Part shown: positions 10,214 to 20,379 of the stretch, in pieces
How the letters are laid out: each line of letters opens with the position of its first letter
Numbering within the stretch: position 1 is the stretch's first letter
Source: Nitrosopumilales archaeon
Lineage (GTDB): Archaea > Thermoproteota > Nitrososphaeria > Nitrososphaerales > Nitrososphaeraceae
Reading direction: 5' to 3'
Length of the DNA stretch: 64,000 bases
Assembly: GCA_044507735.1 (NCBI GenBank)
Contig: JBIQJB010000001.1
Coordinates: 220,579 to 284,578 of the forward strand
Notes under the pieces: generated by a model
The model's input: the letters and a program-made list of their open reading frames with translations, nothing else
Told to the model about the DNA's origin: nothing
The model's database searches: none
Translations under genes and position numbers: made by a program

Positions 10214-11332
10214 ATGCAGCTGCAGTTGCAAAAGAGCGACACCATTACAGGCGGAACGGCGGCTTTGGAGAAGGCACTTGCAGGAGAGGAGCTTTCGTAC
10301 AGCGACGGAGTCCAATTGATGAACGAGGAAAACCTTTTCCTTCTTGGTGCCGCTGCAGACAAGATCAGGAACAGGGTCTGCGGCAACGTCGTCACATTCG
10401 TCGCGTCTTACTATCTGAACTATACCAACGTTTGCGCCGCCAGCTGCCCTCTTTGTGCATTCTACCGGAAGGGCAACGAAAACGATGCCTACACTTTGTC
10501 AACAGAGCAAATAGTCGCCAGATCAAAGATTGCGATTGAACAGATGGGTGCGACAGAACTTCACATAGTTGGAGGGTTCCATCCCAAACTTGGACTTGAC
10601 TATTATGAAAAAATGATGCGGGCAATAAAAGCCGAGTTCCCAAGAGTAATAATAAAGGCGTTCACTCCTGCAGAGATATTCTTCATCTCACGGGTGACAA
10701 AGAACTCGGTAAAGGAAGTACTCATGCGCCTCAAGGCTGCGGGACTGGACTCGTTGCCGGGAGGGGGAGCTGAAATCTTTCACCCCGATGTCCACAGAAA
10801 GATAGTGATTGGCAAGTGTTCAGGTGAAGAGTGGCTTGACACTGCGCGCCAAGCGCACGAGCTGGGCCTAAAGAGCAACTGCACGATGCTCTTTGGCCAC
10901 ATCGAAAGACCTGAACATATAGTCGACCATGTGCTGAAGCTAAGAGAGCTTCACAAGAAGACAAAGGGATTTACAACTTTTATCCCGCTGAAATTCAGCC
11001 TTGAAAACACCGAGCTTGAGCAAAAGGGGTTGGTCACTGCGGAAAGCCCATCATCCTATGACCTTCGTGTCATTGCAGTGTCTCGCCTGCTACTGGCAAA
11101 CGTGATGAACAACATCTCAGTCTACTGGGTGGCACTTGGCAAGAAGGTTGCTCAGGTGGCGCTCTCTTATGGCGGGAACGATATGGTGGGGACCGCGTTC
11201 TCCGAAGAGATATTCAAAGCCGCGGGAAAAGAGACCGGCACCTCAATTCAAGAGCTTGCAAGTTTGATCAAGGAGATCAAGCGGGAGCCAGCCCAGCGGG
11301 ACACATTCTTTAACATCATCAGAAGGTTCTAG
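10214..11332 (+). CDS. mqnE: Aminofutalosine synthase (radical SAM, CofH/MqnE family)
   Basis: NYTNVCAASCPLCAF, ELHIVGGFHP, PGGGAEIF, VYWVALG. Confidence 0.85.
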   Translation: MQLQLQKSDTITGGTAALEKALAGEELSYSDGVQLMNEENLFLLGAAADKIRNRVCGNVVTFVASYYLNYTNVCAASCPLCAFYRKGNENDAYTLSTEQIVARSKIAIEQMGATELHIVGGFHPKLGLDYYEKMMRAIKAEFPRVIIKAFTPAEIFFISRVTKNSVKEVLMRLKAAGLDSLPGGGAEIFHPDVHRKIVIGKCSGEEWLDTARQAHELGLKSNCTMLFGHIERPEHIVDHVLKLRELHKKTKGFTTFIPLKFSLENTELEQKGLVTAESPSSYDLRVIAVSRLLLANVMNNISVYWVALGKKVAQVALSYGGNDMVGTAFSEEIFKAAGKETGTSIQELASLIKEIKREPAQRDTFFNIIRRF

Positions 11333-11406
11333 ATGATGTATCCAACGCTTGTGAATTAACATAGTTCAGCAAGACGTTATTCATAATTCTACGATCAGGC
11401 AGGGAG

Positions 11407-12630
11407 GTGGAGGCAATGCAAAAAGTTGTAGGGATTCTCATCGCAATTTCCATACTGCTGGCCTCTGCGCTTGCGATTCAAGTAAGTCGCGATGGCGGGC
11501 TGGCAGTGGGCCAGACGGAAAATCCTGTGGCAAAGGCGGCTCCTGACACGTCTTCATCGCAGCAAAACCCCAGCACCACAGCTATCGTCAATTCCGGATC
11601 GGCAGTACTTGACACCGAAAGTTTGACTCTTAACCAAGTGTTCAAAAAGACCAACAACTCTGTGGTTCAGATAACGAGCAGCGTAAAGACAGTCGTCCCA
11701 AACATAATAATCAATGGCAATCCGCTAGAAAGCCAATCGACGCGTCTTGGTTCCGGGTTTGTTTACGATACCGAAGGTAGAATCATAACCAACAACCACG
11801 TCGTTGACGGCGCAAGAACTGTCGATGTCACGTTTGTAGATGGAAATACATACTCTGCCGAGGTTGTGGGAACCGACGCCTTTAGCGACATCGCAGTGCT
11901 GCAGATAACTGACGATTTTTCAGACGAGGTCCTGAGTCCTCTTCAGCTTGGCAACTCTTCGTTGTTGCAGGTCGGACAGCAGGTTATAGCAATTGGAAAT
12001 CCATTTGGCCTGAGCAATACCATGACCACAGGGATCGTAAGCCAAGTAGGGAGGCTGCTGCCAAACCCTGAGTTGGGATTCTCCATTCCAAGTGCAATAC
12101 AGACAGACGCTGCCATCAACCCTGGCAACTCCGGAGGGCCGTTGCTCGACGCTCAGGGTAATGTGATGGGTGTCAACACCGCAATCACGTCCAACACTGG
12201 CGATTTTTCCGGCATTGGCTTTGCAATCCCTTCGAATACTGTGGCGCGCATTGTGCCGCATCTCATAAGTGAGGGCAAGTACGACCACCCTTGGCTAGGC
12301 ATAACGGGCACAAACCTAACGCCGGATCTTGCAGAAAAGAAGGGGCTTCCGAGGGACTTTAAGGGCGTGGCCATCGCTTCAGTGGTTCCTGGGGGACCCG
12401 CGGAAAAGGCCGGCATTATAGGCGGTTCCGGGAATGACTTGCTTGCAGGTGATGTCGTAACCGCAATCAATGGGCATACAGTCAAAAGGATAGAGGACAT
12501 TATCTTTTACATAGAAGAGCAAACTTCGGTGGGAGACAAAGTTACGATCACGGTTCACAGGGACGGTCAATCCCAGGAGCTTTCTGCAACTCTGGAAGCA
12601 AGACCACCACCCATGGCACAGATAGGCTAG
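11407..12630 (+). CDS. htrA: HtrA/DegP-like trypsin serine protease with PDZ domain
   Basis: N-terminal TM/signal segment; TNNHV, SDIAVL and GNSGGPL catalytic triad; C-terminal PDZ. Confidence 0.93.
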   Translation: MEAMQKVVGILIAISILLASALAIQVSRDGGLAVGQTENPVAKAAPDTSSSQQNPSTTAIVNSGSAVLDTESLTLNQVFKKTNNSVVQITSSVKTVVPNIIINGNPLESQSTRLGSGFVYDTEGRIITNNHVVDGARTVDVTFVDGNTYSAEVVGTDAFSDIAVLQITDDFSDEVLSPLQLGNSSLLQVGQQVIAIGNPFGLSNTMTTGIVSQVGRLLPNPELGFSIPSAIQTDAAINPGNSGGPLLDAQGNVMGVNTAITSNTGDFSGIGFAIPSNTVARIVPHLISEGKYDHPWLGITGTNLTPDLAEKKGLPRDFKGVAIASVVPGGPAEKAGIIGGSGNDLLAGDVVTAINGHTVKRIEDIIFYIEEQTSVGDKVTITVHRDGQSQELSATLEARPPPMAQIG

Positions 12631-13457
12631 ACCACCTTTACTACCACATCTGTGTCGATTACTTTCCTTTCTTTGGCCATTTCAAACATCCTTTCTATTG
12701 CTATCTTGCCGTCATGACCCATGTCAACAGTCAGTTTGTTGACGTACATTTTCACAAATCTTGTGATTGTTTCCTTCGGCTGTCCTCGACCATATTGCAT
12801 TGCATAATCGACCGCAGCATCGATGTTGTCAAGACCATATTTCACCGATCTTGTAAAGAAATCGCTGAATTCCTCTATCTGCTCGGCACTCATTGTCCTG
12901 GCGCTTGCGACATTGATCCCAAGTGGTACCGGAAGGCCACTCATGTTCTCTGTCCACCAGCTGCCAAGGTCAAGCGCTGCAGAAAACCTGTTCCTGTCGT
13001 AGGTTATCTGTGCCTCGTGAATGACCAGCCCTGCATCGACCCTGCCTGCTGCCACTGCGTCAGGTATGGCGTCAAAGGACATCTCTTGTTCATTGAACTT
13101 GCCAATTGCCAGCAGTAGCAAGAGGTTTGCGGAGGTCATCTTGCCCGGTATCGCTATAGTGGCCTCTTGTAACTGCTCTGGCGTCATCTTGTTTTCCTTC
13201 TTTGTAATGACTATCGGGCCATAGTTGAGCCCAAAACTGCCACCGCTTTTCAAGATGACATAGTCCTGCAGATAGGCAAATGCATGAGCAGAAACTGCGG
13301 TGACGTCCAGCTCGTGCTTGAGCGCACGCCGGTTGAGAGTTTCGATGTCCTGTATGACGTGTTTTACTGCAAAGCTGGATCTTACCTTGCCAGACGCAAT
13401 TCCGTAGAACATGAACGCATCGTCCGCGTCCGGCGTATGCCCAAGCGTTATCTCCAT
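12627..13457 (-). CDS. mqnD: 1,4-dihydroxy-6-naphthoate synthase
   Basis: GHTPDADDAF, DIETLN, AGLVIHE, LPVPLG, MYVN motifs. Confidence 0.92.
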   Translation of the reverse strand: MEITLGHTPDADDAFMFYGIASGKVRSSFAVKHVIQDIETLNRRALKHELDVTAVSAHAFAYLQDYVILKSGGSFGLNYGPIVITKKENKMTPEQLQEATIAIPGKMTSANLLLLLAIGKFNEQEMSFDAIPDAVAAGRVDAGLVIHEAQITYDRNRFSAALDLGSWWTENMSGLPVPLGINVASARTMSAEQIEEFSDFFTRSVKYGLDNIDAAVDYAMQYGRGQPKETITRFVKMYVNKLTVDMGHDGKIAIERMFEMAKERKVIDTDVVVKVV

Positions 13458-13652
13458 GACTCATTTTCAACCGATTTTTGTACCTATTAAATCATCGTCT
13501 CGAAATTTGCGAAAACTCATTGTCGCAAAATCACCATTGCAGGGGAGAAACGTGCTCAATATAAGAGCTATGTGGTAGCACTCTATAAAATTTCGCAGGA
13601 TGGGGAACAAATGCTAAGAATTCTTTTATATTGGACACTCTACTCCGAATGT

Positions 13653-15902
13653 ATGGAGAGAAGATCCGACAGCAACCAGGATAAAGTTCTGCAACTCCAG
13701 TTTTTGGGAAGCACCGCACAAGATTCGCAGCCAAAGGTGGCCCTCTTTGCAGTAGATACGAAGGGTGGCATCACCACGATCAAAAAGCTACAATCTCTTG
13801 AAGGCAACAAGATCAGCCTTTCCGAATTGACCCGCAATGTGAAGGAAGGTGTCATCTATGGGTTTGGACCTGATATTGACGAGACCGAAGTAAGAAAAGA
13901 GATGTTGTTTACATTTAGGCCAAAAGAAAAGATCCGCGAGTGGACAGACACCGGTGTTATTGAAATCAACCCAAAGTGGCGCGACTGGATCCTGCCGATA
14001 GCGTGCGTCCACGGTGACGTTCACAGATGTCGCTTTATCTTTCCACCCATCATTACTCTTGCAGGAACGAAAACACTCGCCGCAAGTTCACCAGCGGCCC
14101 GCAGTTCTACTTTTAAAATTGCGCAGGGCGTCTCTGATCAACTCCATCCAATATACCCTGAGCTTTTTCCAATCTGCGCACCTGTGTGTAATGCCGTCGT
14201 TGAAGTTTACGAAAAAACGTGCTGCTGTTTAATCCGGCCTTTTGACATAGACGCTTTGCTTGACAGGCTAAGGGAATGGCTTGAAAGAATTCCGCCGATA
14301 CCTCCAATAGATCCGGAAGATCCGATCGGTCCGATACCCGGACCAGACCCTGCTCCATTTGGAAGAGAGGTTGCCAAGACTGCCAAATTGGCTCAGGCAA
14401 GCGCGATCAAGATTCCACTTGGCATCTTGCCACAGAGGCTTGTGGAAGATTACCAAACACTGTCCACATTGCCATATGAAAAGAGGCTTGAATACGTCAA
14501 TACCCGCGACTACCTCTATCCGATATTCTGCACATGCAGCTCCAGGAAAGTAGGCGAAACCCCGGTCAACGAAGACGGTGAATTCAGCCTCTGCTACTTC
14601 AAAGGACCGACAAGAAGCGGGTGCAGAACGACGTATTACTATAAGGTGAGGCAGTGGCAGGAGAACCAGTGGGTCTACATCTACGATGGCTCGACCACAA
14701 ATGAGTACTTCAAGGGGTCAGACACCGCTCATCTGCGCACATGGAAGGGGCTTGCGTGCCGGCCGGATGGAGGAATAAATCCCGGAGGAGACTTTGTAAT
14801 GCTGGAAAACATTGGCTCCACTCCGAGTTGGAGGCTTGACAGCCCGACACAGGATTCAGAGTTCGGCGTATCAAGTGCGAATCCTTCGGACGGCCTTACG
14901 AACATCGGCCAACCATGGGGCAAGACGCTTCATTTTAGGCTCAAGTTCAGCGAGGGGCTAAAGGCGCTCGGAGCAAAGTATTACAGGGTTAGCGTAGTCA
15001 AGGCCAACTCTAGCGGAGATCCCGAGTTGGGAGCGGTCCCGCAGCCTCTGACAAGCCCTGTTGCCTGGAGACGCTGGATCAATGCTGGCGGCCAGATCAA
15101 GACAGAGGCAGTTACGCTCGGTCCGCTAGTAGCGCCCAACGGAGCAGGCGCACTATATTTGATACCATACGAAGCTGACGCGCCACTTGGATGGCTCTGG
15201 TTCCAGTACCATCAGACATGGAATACCACCGCCTACGATAACGCCAAGCATCTTGTCATTGTAGAAATTTTTGACGCTAATGGCAACAGGCTCAAACCAA
15301 ATGGAGCGCCCGGAGGCGATATTGCCAAACCCTTCACATTCAGACGCTGGATCGACGAAGAAAACACCGTGGCCGTGAACTTTGCAGCGCTGACACACAT
15401 GTTCCACGTCGACAATATCAAGTGCTACGGCGACATCGTCGACTTTCGCAAGAACGGGGTTCCATCAACCGCCGAATGCCAGTTCATTACAGGGTGCGCA
15501 ACGGACAACTTTTCTGTCGGCATGTATGCATTCCATGTCAACGGCTTCATGAGTAGCTATCACCTCTGGTATCACAGAGGACTCAATGGTCCGAATGTGA
15601 CTCTTGAGACAGGCACCACAAATGCACCTGCCGGCATACCTCCAATTCCAAGCCCGCTCAACTCTGCAAATGCGAAGCAGTCCAATTCAAGCACATTTGA
15701 TGAAATGCTTGGACCCCACGACAAATGCTCATTCAGCGTAGAGCTCAGAGTATATCCAAAGCACACGGATGGCTTTGGGACGATCTGGGAGTACGGCGCT
15801 TCTGACACGGCTGCAGTTGCTTTGGAAAAGGTTCTCTGCATCAGCAGTCAAGCTCTCGCGATACCTGTTCGGGAGTTGTCAAAGCCGGCACCATTGCCAT
15901 AA
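13653..15902 (+). CDS. Large Cys- and Pro-rich hypothetical protein (about 749 aa)
   Basis: Long uninterrupted ORF; PPIPPIDPEDPIGPIPGPDPAPF segment; about 17 Cys; followed by a T-rich terminator. Confidence 0.85.
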   Translation: MERRSDSNQDKVLQLQFLGSTAQDSQPKVALFAVDTKGGITTIKKLQSLEGNKISLSELTRNVKEGVIYGFGPDIDETEVRKEMLFTFRPKEKIREWTDTGVIEINPKWRDWILPIACVHGDVHRCRFIFPPIITLAGTKTLAASSPAARSSTFKIAQGVSDQLHPIYPELFPICAPVCNAVVEVYEKTCCCLIRPFDIDALLDRLREWLERIPPIPPIDPEDPIGPIPGPDPAPFGREVAKTAKLAQASAIKIPLGILPQRLVEDYQTLSTLPYEKRLEYVNTRDYLYPIFCTCSSRKVGETPVNEDGEFSLCYFKGPTRSGCRTTYYYKVRQWQENQWVYIYDGSTTNEYFKGSDTAHLRTWKGLACRPDGGINPGGDFVMLENIGSTPSWRLDSPTQDSEFGVSSANPSDGLTNIGQPWGKTLHFRLKFSEGLKALGAKYYRVSVVKANSSGDPELGAVPQPLTSPVAWRRWINAGGQIKTEAVTLGPLVAPNGAGALYLIPYEADAPLGWLWFQYHQTWNTTAYDNAKHLVIVEIFDANGNRLKPNGAPGGDIAKPFTFRRWIDEENTVAVNFAALTHMFHVDNIKCYGDIVDFRKNGVPSTAECQFITGCATDNFSVGMYAFHVNGFMSSYHLWYHRGLNGPNVTLETGTTNAPAGIPPIPSPLNSANAKQSNSSTFDEMLGPHDKCSFSVELRVYPKHTDGFGTIWEYGASDTAAVALEKVLCISSQALAIPVRELSKPAPLP

Positions 15903-15991
15903 CAACAGACAAAACCTTCTCTTTTTTCTTTGATCAAAAAAAGAACCGAACATTTAATAGTCCTGCGAAAAACTTTTTTCGATTGTAGCAT

Positions 15992-18193
15992 ATGCCGAAG
16001 TTCAAGTCAACCCAAGACATATTGAGAATAATTGGTAACAAGGATCAAATTCGAAACTTTGGTGTCATTGCCCATGTAGACCACGGCAAGACGACCATGA
16101 GTGATAGCCTCCTCGCCGCGTCGGGCATCATTTCCCCGTCGGTCGCAGGTCAGGCGCTAGCCCTCGATTCCATGAAGTTGGAGCAGAACCGACAGATGAC
16201 AATCAGAGGGGCAAACGTCACGCTATTCTACGAAACGGACGGCAAGGAATACGTCATCAACATGATCGATACACCCGGCCACATTGACTTTACCGGCAGG
16301 GTGACCCGTGCGCTGCGCGCAATTGACGGAGTGGTCGTGGTGTCAGACTCTGTAGAGGGCATCATGACCCAGACAGAAACCGTCACCAGACAGGCACTTG
16401 AAGAGCGCGTGAGGCCTGTGCTTTACATCAACAAGATAGACAGACTCGTCAAGGAGCTAAAGCTGGGTCCAGAAGAGATGCAGAAGTGGCTTATGAACAT
16501 CATCAACCACTTTAACCAGCTCGTCGATATTTATGCCGAACCAGAACTCAAGGACAAGTGGAAGGTCAGCATTCAGGGCAACAGCGTTGCCTTTGGCTCT
16601 GCCAAGGATCGCTGGGGCTTTAATTTCAAAATGGCACAAAAGACAAAGATCAACTTTAAGGATGTTTATGATGCTTATACAAAGAATGACCCTGAGCTCA
16701 TAAAGTCGCTCTCGCAGAGATCGCCTCTATCAGACGCGGTGCTTGGCATGGTGGTGGAACATCACCCGCCGCCCCACGTTGCCCAGAAATACAGGATCCC
16801 AAAAATCTGGCCGGGCGACCTCAACTCTGAAACTGGCAGGGCGCTGCTGGCATGCGACGAAAAGGGCCCTGCACTAATGATGGTGACCACCATCAACGTT
16901 GACCCTCAGGCTGGAAGGGTTGCGACAGGTAGGCTCTACTCTGGCACCATAAAGGACGGTGACGAAGTCTACCTTGTCGACGCAAAGAGGACAGGAAGGG
17001 TACAATCTGTAAACATCTACATGGGTAACACCAGAGAAATAGTGAGCGTTCTGCCCGCAGGTAACATCCCTGCACTGCTAGGGCTTGACTATGCAGTCGC
17101 AGGCGAGACCATATCGACTGTCAAGGGCGTACAGCCTTTCGAATCGATCAAGTACGTGTCCGAGCCTGTGGTCACTATTGCAGTCGAGCCAAAGCACCCC
17201 AAGGACCTACCCAAGCTAGTGGAGGCGCTGCGCAGAATCACCGTGGAAGACCCCAACCTGATAGTCAAGATCAACGAGGAGACCGGCGAGACTCTGATGG
17301 CAGGCATGGGTGTACTTCACCTGGAGATCGCAACTTCGCTCCTGCAGGAAGCAGGCCTTGACATTGTCACTACACAACCACTCATCAACTACCGCGAAAC
17401 CATTCGCTCAAAGGCCGGGCCCATAATGAGCAAGTCGCCTAACAAGCACAACAAGATATTCCTCCGCGTCGAGCCCCTGCCAGACGACATCCTTGACATG
17501 ATAAGGACCGGCAAGATTAAGGAGGACATGGACAAGAAAGAGATGGCGAAGCTCTTGAGGGACAAAGGATGGAGCGCAGACGAAGCAAGGAGCGTTGCTG
17601 CAATAGATGTAAGCGGTAACATGCTGGTAGATGAGACCAAGGGTGTCCAGTTCCTTCAGGAATCGATGGATTCTATCCGGTCAGGCTTTGACGACGTGAT
17701 CAAGAATGGCCCGATAGCACATGAAGCAGTCAGAGGTGTCAAGTTTGTGCTACACCACTTTGTGCCTCACGAAGACCCTGCACACAGAGGTCTTGCTCAA
17801 CTTATGCCTGCTACGAGGAGAGCCATGTTGGGCTCGATGCTCATCGCGGACCCTGTGCTCCTTGAGCCGATACTTGGCATTGAGATCAAGTGCCCGCAGG
17901 ACCTAATCGGCGCGGTGTCAACTGTACTTTCGGGCAAGCGTGGCAAGCTGCTCAACGTAGAGCAAAAGGGGATCATTGCAATCATGCAGGGCGAAGTGCC
18001 CGCTTCAGAAACGTTCGACCTTTCTGAAAAGATGAGAGGGGCCACGGCAGGCAAGGCGATGTGGAACACCTACTTCAAGGCCTGGCAGCCAGTTCCAAAC
18101 TCGATATTCCGCACACTGGTTGCAGATGTGAGGAAGAGAAAGGGACTCAACCCTGAGCCGCCATCGCCAGACGAGTTCATAGACAAGGAATAA
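15992..18193 (+). CDS. fusA: Translation elongation factor aEF-2
   Basis: AHVDHGKTT, DTPGH, NKID; diphthamide His in HEDPAHRG. Confidence 0.98.
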   Translation: MPKFKSTQDILRIIGNKDQIRNFGVIAHVDHGKTTMSDSLLAASGIISPSVAGQALALDSMKLEQNRQMTIRGANVTLFYETDGKEYVINMIDTPGHIDFTGRVTRALRAIDGVVVVSDSVEGIMTQTETVTRQALEERVRPVLYINKIDRLVKELKLGPEEMQKWLMNIINHFNQLVDIYAEPELKDKWKVSIQGNSVAFGSAKDRWGFNFKMAQKTKINFKDVYDAYTKNDPELIKSLSQRSPLSDAVLGMVVEHHPPPHVAQKYRIPKIWPGDLNSETGRALLACDEKGPALMMVTTINVDPQAGRVATGRLYSGTIKDGDEVYLVDAKRTGRVQSVNIYMGNTREIVSVLPAGNIPALLGLDYAVAGETISTVKGVQPFESIKYVSEPVVTIAVEPKHPKDLPKLVEALRRITVEDPNLIVKINEETGETLMAGMGVLHLEIATSLLQEAGLDIVTTQPLINYRETIRSKAGPIMSKSPNKHNKIFLRVEPLPDDILDMIRTGKIKEDMDKKEMAKLLRDKGWSADEARSVAAIDVSGNMLVDETKGVQFLQESMDSIRSGFDDVIKNGPIAHEAVRGVKFVLHHFVPHEDPAHRGLAQLMPATRRAMLGSMLIADPVLLEPILGIEIKCPQDLIGAVSTVLSGKRGKLLNVEQKGIIAIMQGEVPASETFDLSEKMRGATAGKAMWNTYFKAWQPVPNSIFRTLVADVRKRKGLNPEPPSPDEFIDKE

Positions 18194-18379
18194 GAGCACT
18201 CTCCCCCTCCTCCCCCTCCGCTCATTTTTGTGCCGCTTTTTCAGGCCATGACTAGATAATGTCGTACGTTATGATTTGTTGGAAATAGCTCATGAGCAAA
18301 TGACTATGCCATCACCATGACGTTCGTCATGACGCTCAAGGGACACAAGAACCACTATATCGTCAAGCTGCTGAGAGGT
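18170..18379 (+). repeat. Copy 1 of an imperfect direct repeat of about 205 bp (aEF-2 3' end + left flank + cas1 5' end); copy 2 at 19024-19227
   Basis: ATAAGAGCA at 18190/19044; GCTCATTTTTGTG at 18220/19073; 49 bp identical at 18321-18369 vs 19169-19217. Confidence 0.92.
18329..18379 (+). pseudogene. cas1: Casposase-type cas1 relic 1 (first 17 codons only)
   Basis: MTLKGHKNHYIVKLLRG, identical to the N-terminus of relic 2; truncated just before the cupin stop codon. Confidence 0.78.
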
Positions 18380-18391
18380 ATCGTTGTTCCA

Positions 18392-18958
18392 TCACGCGTG
18401 TTCGAGCAGCTCGGTTCGATACTTCGGAGCAAGTGCCATGGCCTTCGCTTTGAACTCTGCTTGTGCTGCTTCATCAAGCATAGGTGGAGGCGTTGTGCGG
18501 GTTGCGACCGGTACACCAGCCTCCATGAAGAAATCCTCCTGACCGGGCGGTGAACATATGCAAAGCATTCTCACGGGCTGAGAGGAGGAGTTGTGAAACT
18601 GGTGCGGCGCGTTTGCTGGGATATTGATCGTCTCACCCGCCCGCACGGCACGTTTCGTGCCGCGAAAGGTAGCCTCAAGTTCGCCCTCAAGCATGATGAA
18701 AGTTTCTTCGAAGTCGTGACGGTGTGGAGGTGGTCCGCCACCCGGGGGTATATGCATGTCGATCAGGCAAAAGCGGCCTGACGTGTCTTTACCTGTGAGA
18801 AGGATGGTGTACGTATCTCCAACCACTCCAATGTGAGGAAGTTTCTGATTGGTGTTTGGCTGGGCAATGGCGAGATCGCGTTTAAGATTATCGGATGGTA
18901 AGATTGCTGAAGCTGGCGGCTCCGGCATATTTGTTTTTTTGGACATTCTGCGCTTCAA
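18392..18958 (-). CDS. Cupin domain protein (quercetin dioxygenase-like)
   Basis: PPPHRHDFEETFIMLEGE...IPANAPHQFHN cupin metal motifs. Confidence 0.9.
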   Translation of the reverse strand: MKRRMSKKTNMPEPPASAILPSDNLKRDLAIAQPNTNQKLPHIGVVGDTYTILLTGKDTSGRFCLIDMHIPPGGGPPPHRHDFEETFIMLEGELEATFRGTKRAVRAGETINIPANAPHQFHNSSSQPVRMLCICSPPGQEDFFMEAGVPVATRTTPPPMLDEAAQAEFKAKAMALAPKYRTELLEHA

Positions 18959-19023
18959 TAGACAAATGGCACCTCCAACTAATCAAATTATCGAAACATG
19001 ATTCTCTATCAAAATTGTAGGTT

Positions 19024-19227
19024 GTGGATTTAATTGACTATTGATAAGAGCAGTTTCCTTCACCCTACCCCGGCTCATTTTTGTGTCGCCTTTTAGGTTC
19101 GGCTATATCATGTTGTATGTTATAATTTGTTGGAGATAGCTTATCAATAGATGGCATAGCCATCATATCGTTCGTCATGACGCTCAAGGGACACAAGAAC
19201 CACTATATCGTCAAGCTATTGAGAGGA
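19024..19227 (+). repeat. Copy 2 of the aEF-2-end/cas1-start direct repeat
   Basis: GTGGATTTAATTGACTATTGATAAGAGCA matches the aEF-2 end GACGAGTTCATAGACAAGGAATAAGAGCA at 20/29 ungapped; homology continues into cas1. Confidence 0.9.
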
Positions 19228-19535
19228 TATGGAGCATCAAAAAGCCCGAATAATAACAAGGTTGTTTCGAAAGGAGCTAGGGATGAATTCACAGGCCCGC
19301 AAGAGATTGAAGAATGGTTTGTGACACAAATTCCGTATGAACGGATTGAAATAGCCGACAAGGTGTACGTGTCGACTGATGTTATACAACTGCTAGTTGA
19401 TCATAACATAATGTGATTTTATTGGATTTGCTTAGTAAGCCTTTTGTCAACATGAACAATATCGTGGCTAGTCTTACTTGCACAAACTATGAGGGATTGA
19501 TCTAATGTGCCATCAGTGAATTAGTAGAGAAGACG
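19177..19535 (+). pseudogene. cas1: Casposase-type cas1 relic 2 (N-terminal about 115 codons, frameshifted)
   Basis: MTLKGHKNHYIVKLLRGYG...EFTGPQEIEEWFVTQIPYERIEIADKVYVSTDVIQLLVDHNI, then after a frameshift VILLD...NMNNIVASLTCTNY; colinear with relic 3. Confidence 0.8.
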
Positions 19536-19599
19536 GCAGTTCGTCAGTTTCATGTACAGCGTCCTAACCTGTCTGCTCTCTGCCTCGCCGCTCAGACCG

Positions 19600-20094
19600 C
19601 TACATCCGGGAAGCAGTAGAAGGCTCTGCTGGCGCCGCCTTGCCAAAGTAGGCCTTGACATGTGGCCTGTACATGTAATAGAGGATTACTGCGCTGATGA
19701 TGATGATGCTTACAATAGCTCCTACATTTCCAGTCACCAGCGAGACCGAATTCAAAACTATACTGACAACTGCCAGCACAACAGTCAAGGCCCAAGCCCA
19801 GGACTTGCCCGTTAAAAGGCCGTATGCGACAATGGATGAGAAGACGCCTAGACCGAGAAGCATTGCTCCAACTGCTATCGCTGCGCTGCCAATGGCGTTG
19901 GTGGGGATCTCGGAAATATCTACACCTGGCAGCGTGTCTTGCGTCTGCTGCGATGATGTCGGACCTGCAAGCGTTGACATCACCGGTCCTAGTGCGATCA
20001 TGCCTAGCCCTCCGATTACCATGAAGCTACCGCCAATTATGTTGAGAATTGCAATAATGGTCACGCCGGTCGGGCGTGCGCAAGCTATAGTCAC
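19600..20094 (-). CDS. Four-TM membrane protein (thaumarchaeal RPTGVTIIA family)
   Basis: RPTGVTIIAILNIIGG...YGLLTGKSWAW...YYMYRPHVKAYF. Confidence 0.8.
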   Translation of the reverse strand: MTIACARPTGVTIIAILNIIGGSFMVIGGLGMIALGPVMSTLAGPTSSQQTQDTLPGVDISEIPTNAIGSAAIAVGAMLLGLGVFSSIVAYGLLTGKSWAWALTVVLAVVSIVLNSVSLVTGNVGAIVSIIIISAVILYYMYRPHVKAYFGKAAPAEPSTASRM

Positions 20095-20379
20095 ATGCTG
20101 TGAATGGGAGCATCGGATTTAAAGGCACTGGTCATGGCGATTATTGCATCAGCATTTTCGGAGCCCTCTCCGCTGACATGAGGATCCACATCCTCACTTA
20201 CGATGACGAGTACATCATTTTTTCCTTGGAGGATACCTAAATATCACCATACGGTCTACCTTGGTGTGCGGATTTTGTTGATTGTCTGTAACCAACATTC
20301 TTTGAATTCTGGGAAGAACAGAACCGATAGTAACGCAAGAAATCCCAGACGAGATAGCAACACTACGTACGTATTGTGT

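Noticed and set aside
18200-18219. C-rich tracts (also about 31390-31408 and 61936-61951) as G-quadruplex or repeat family
   Set aside because: Short low-complexity intergenic runs without shared flanking sequence
18317-18553. 78-aa ORF starting MTFVMTLKGHKNH
   Set aside because: Chimera of the cas1 stub reading into the antisense strand of the cupin gene
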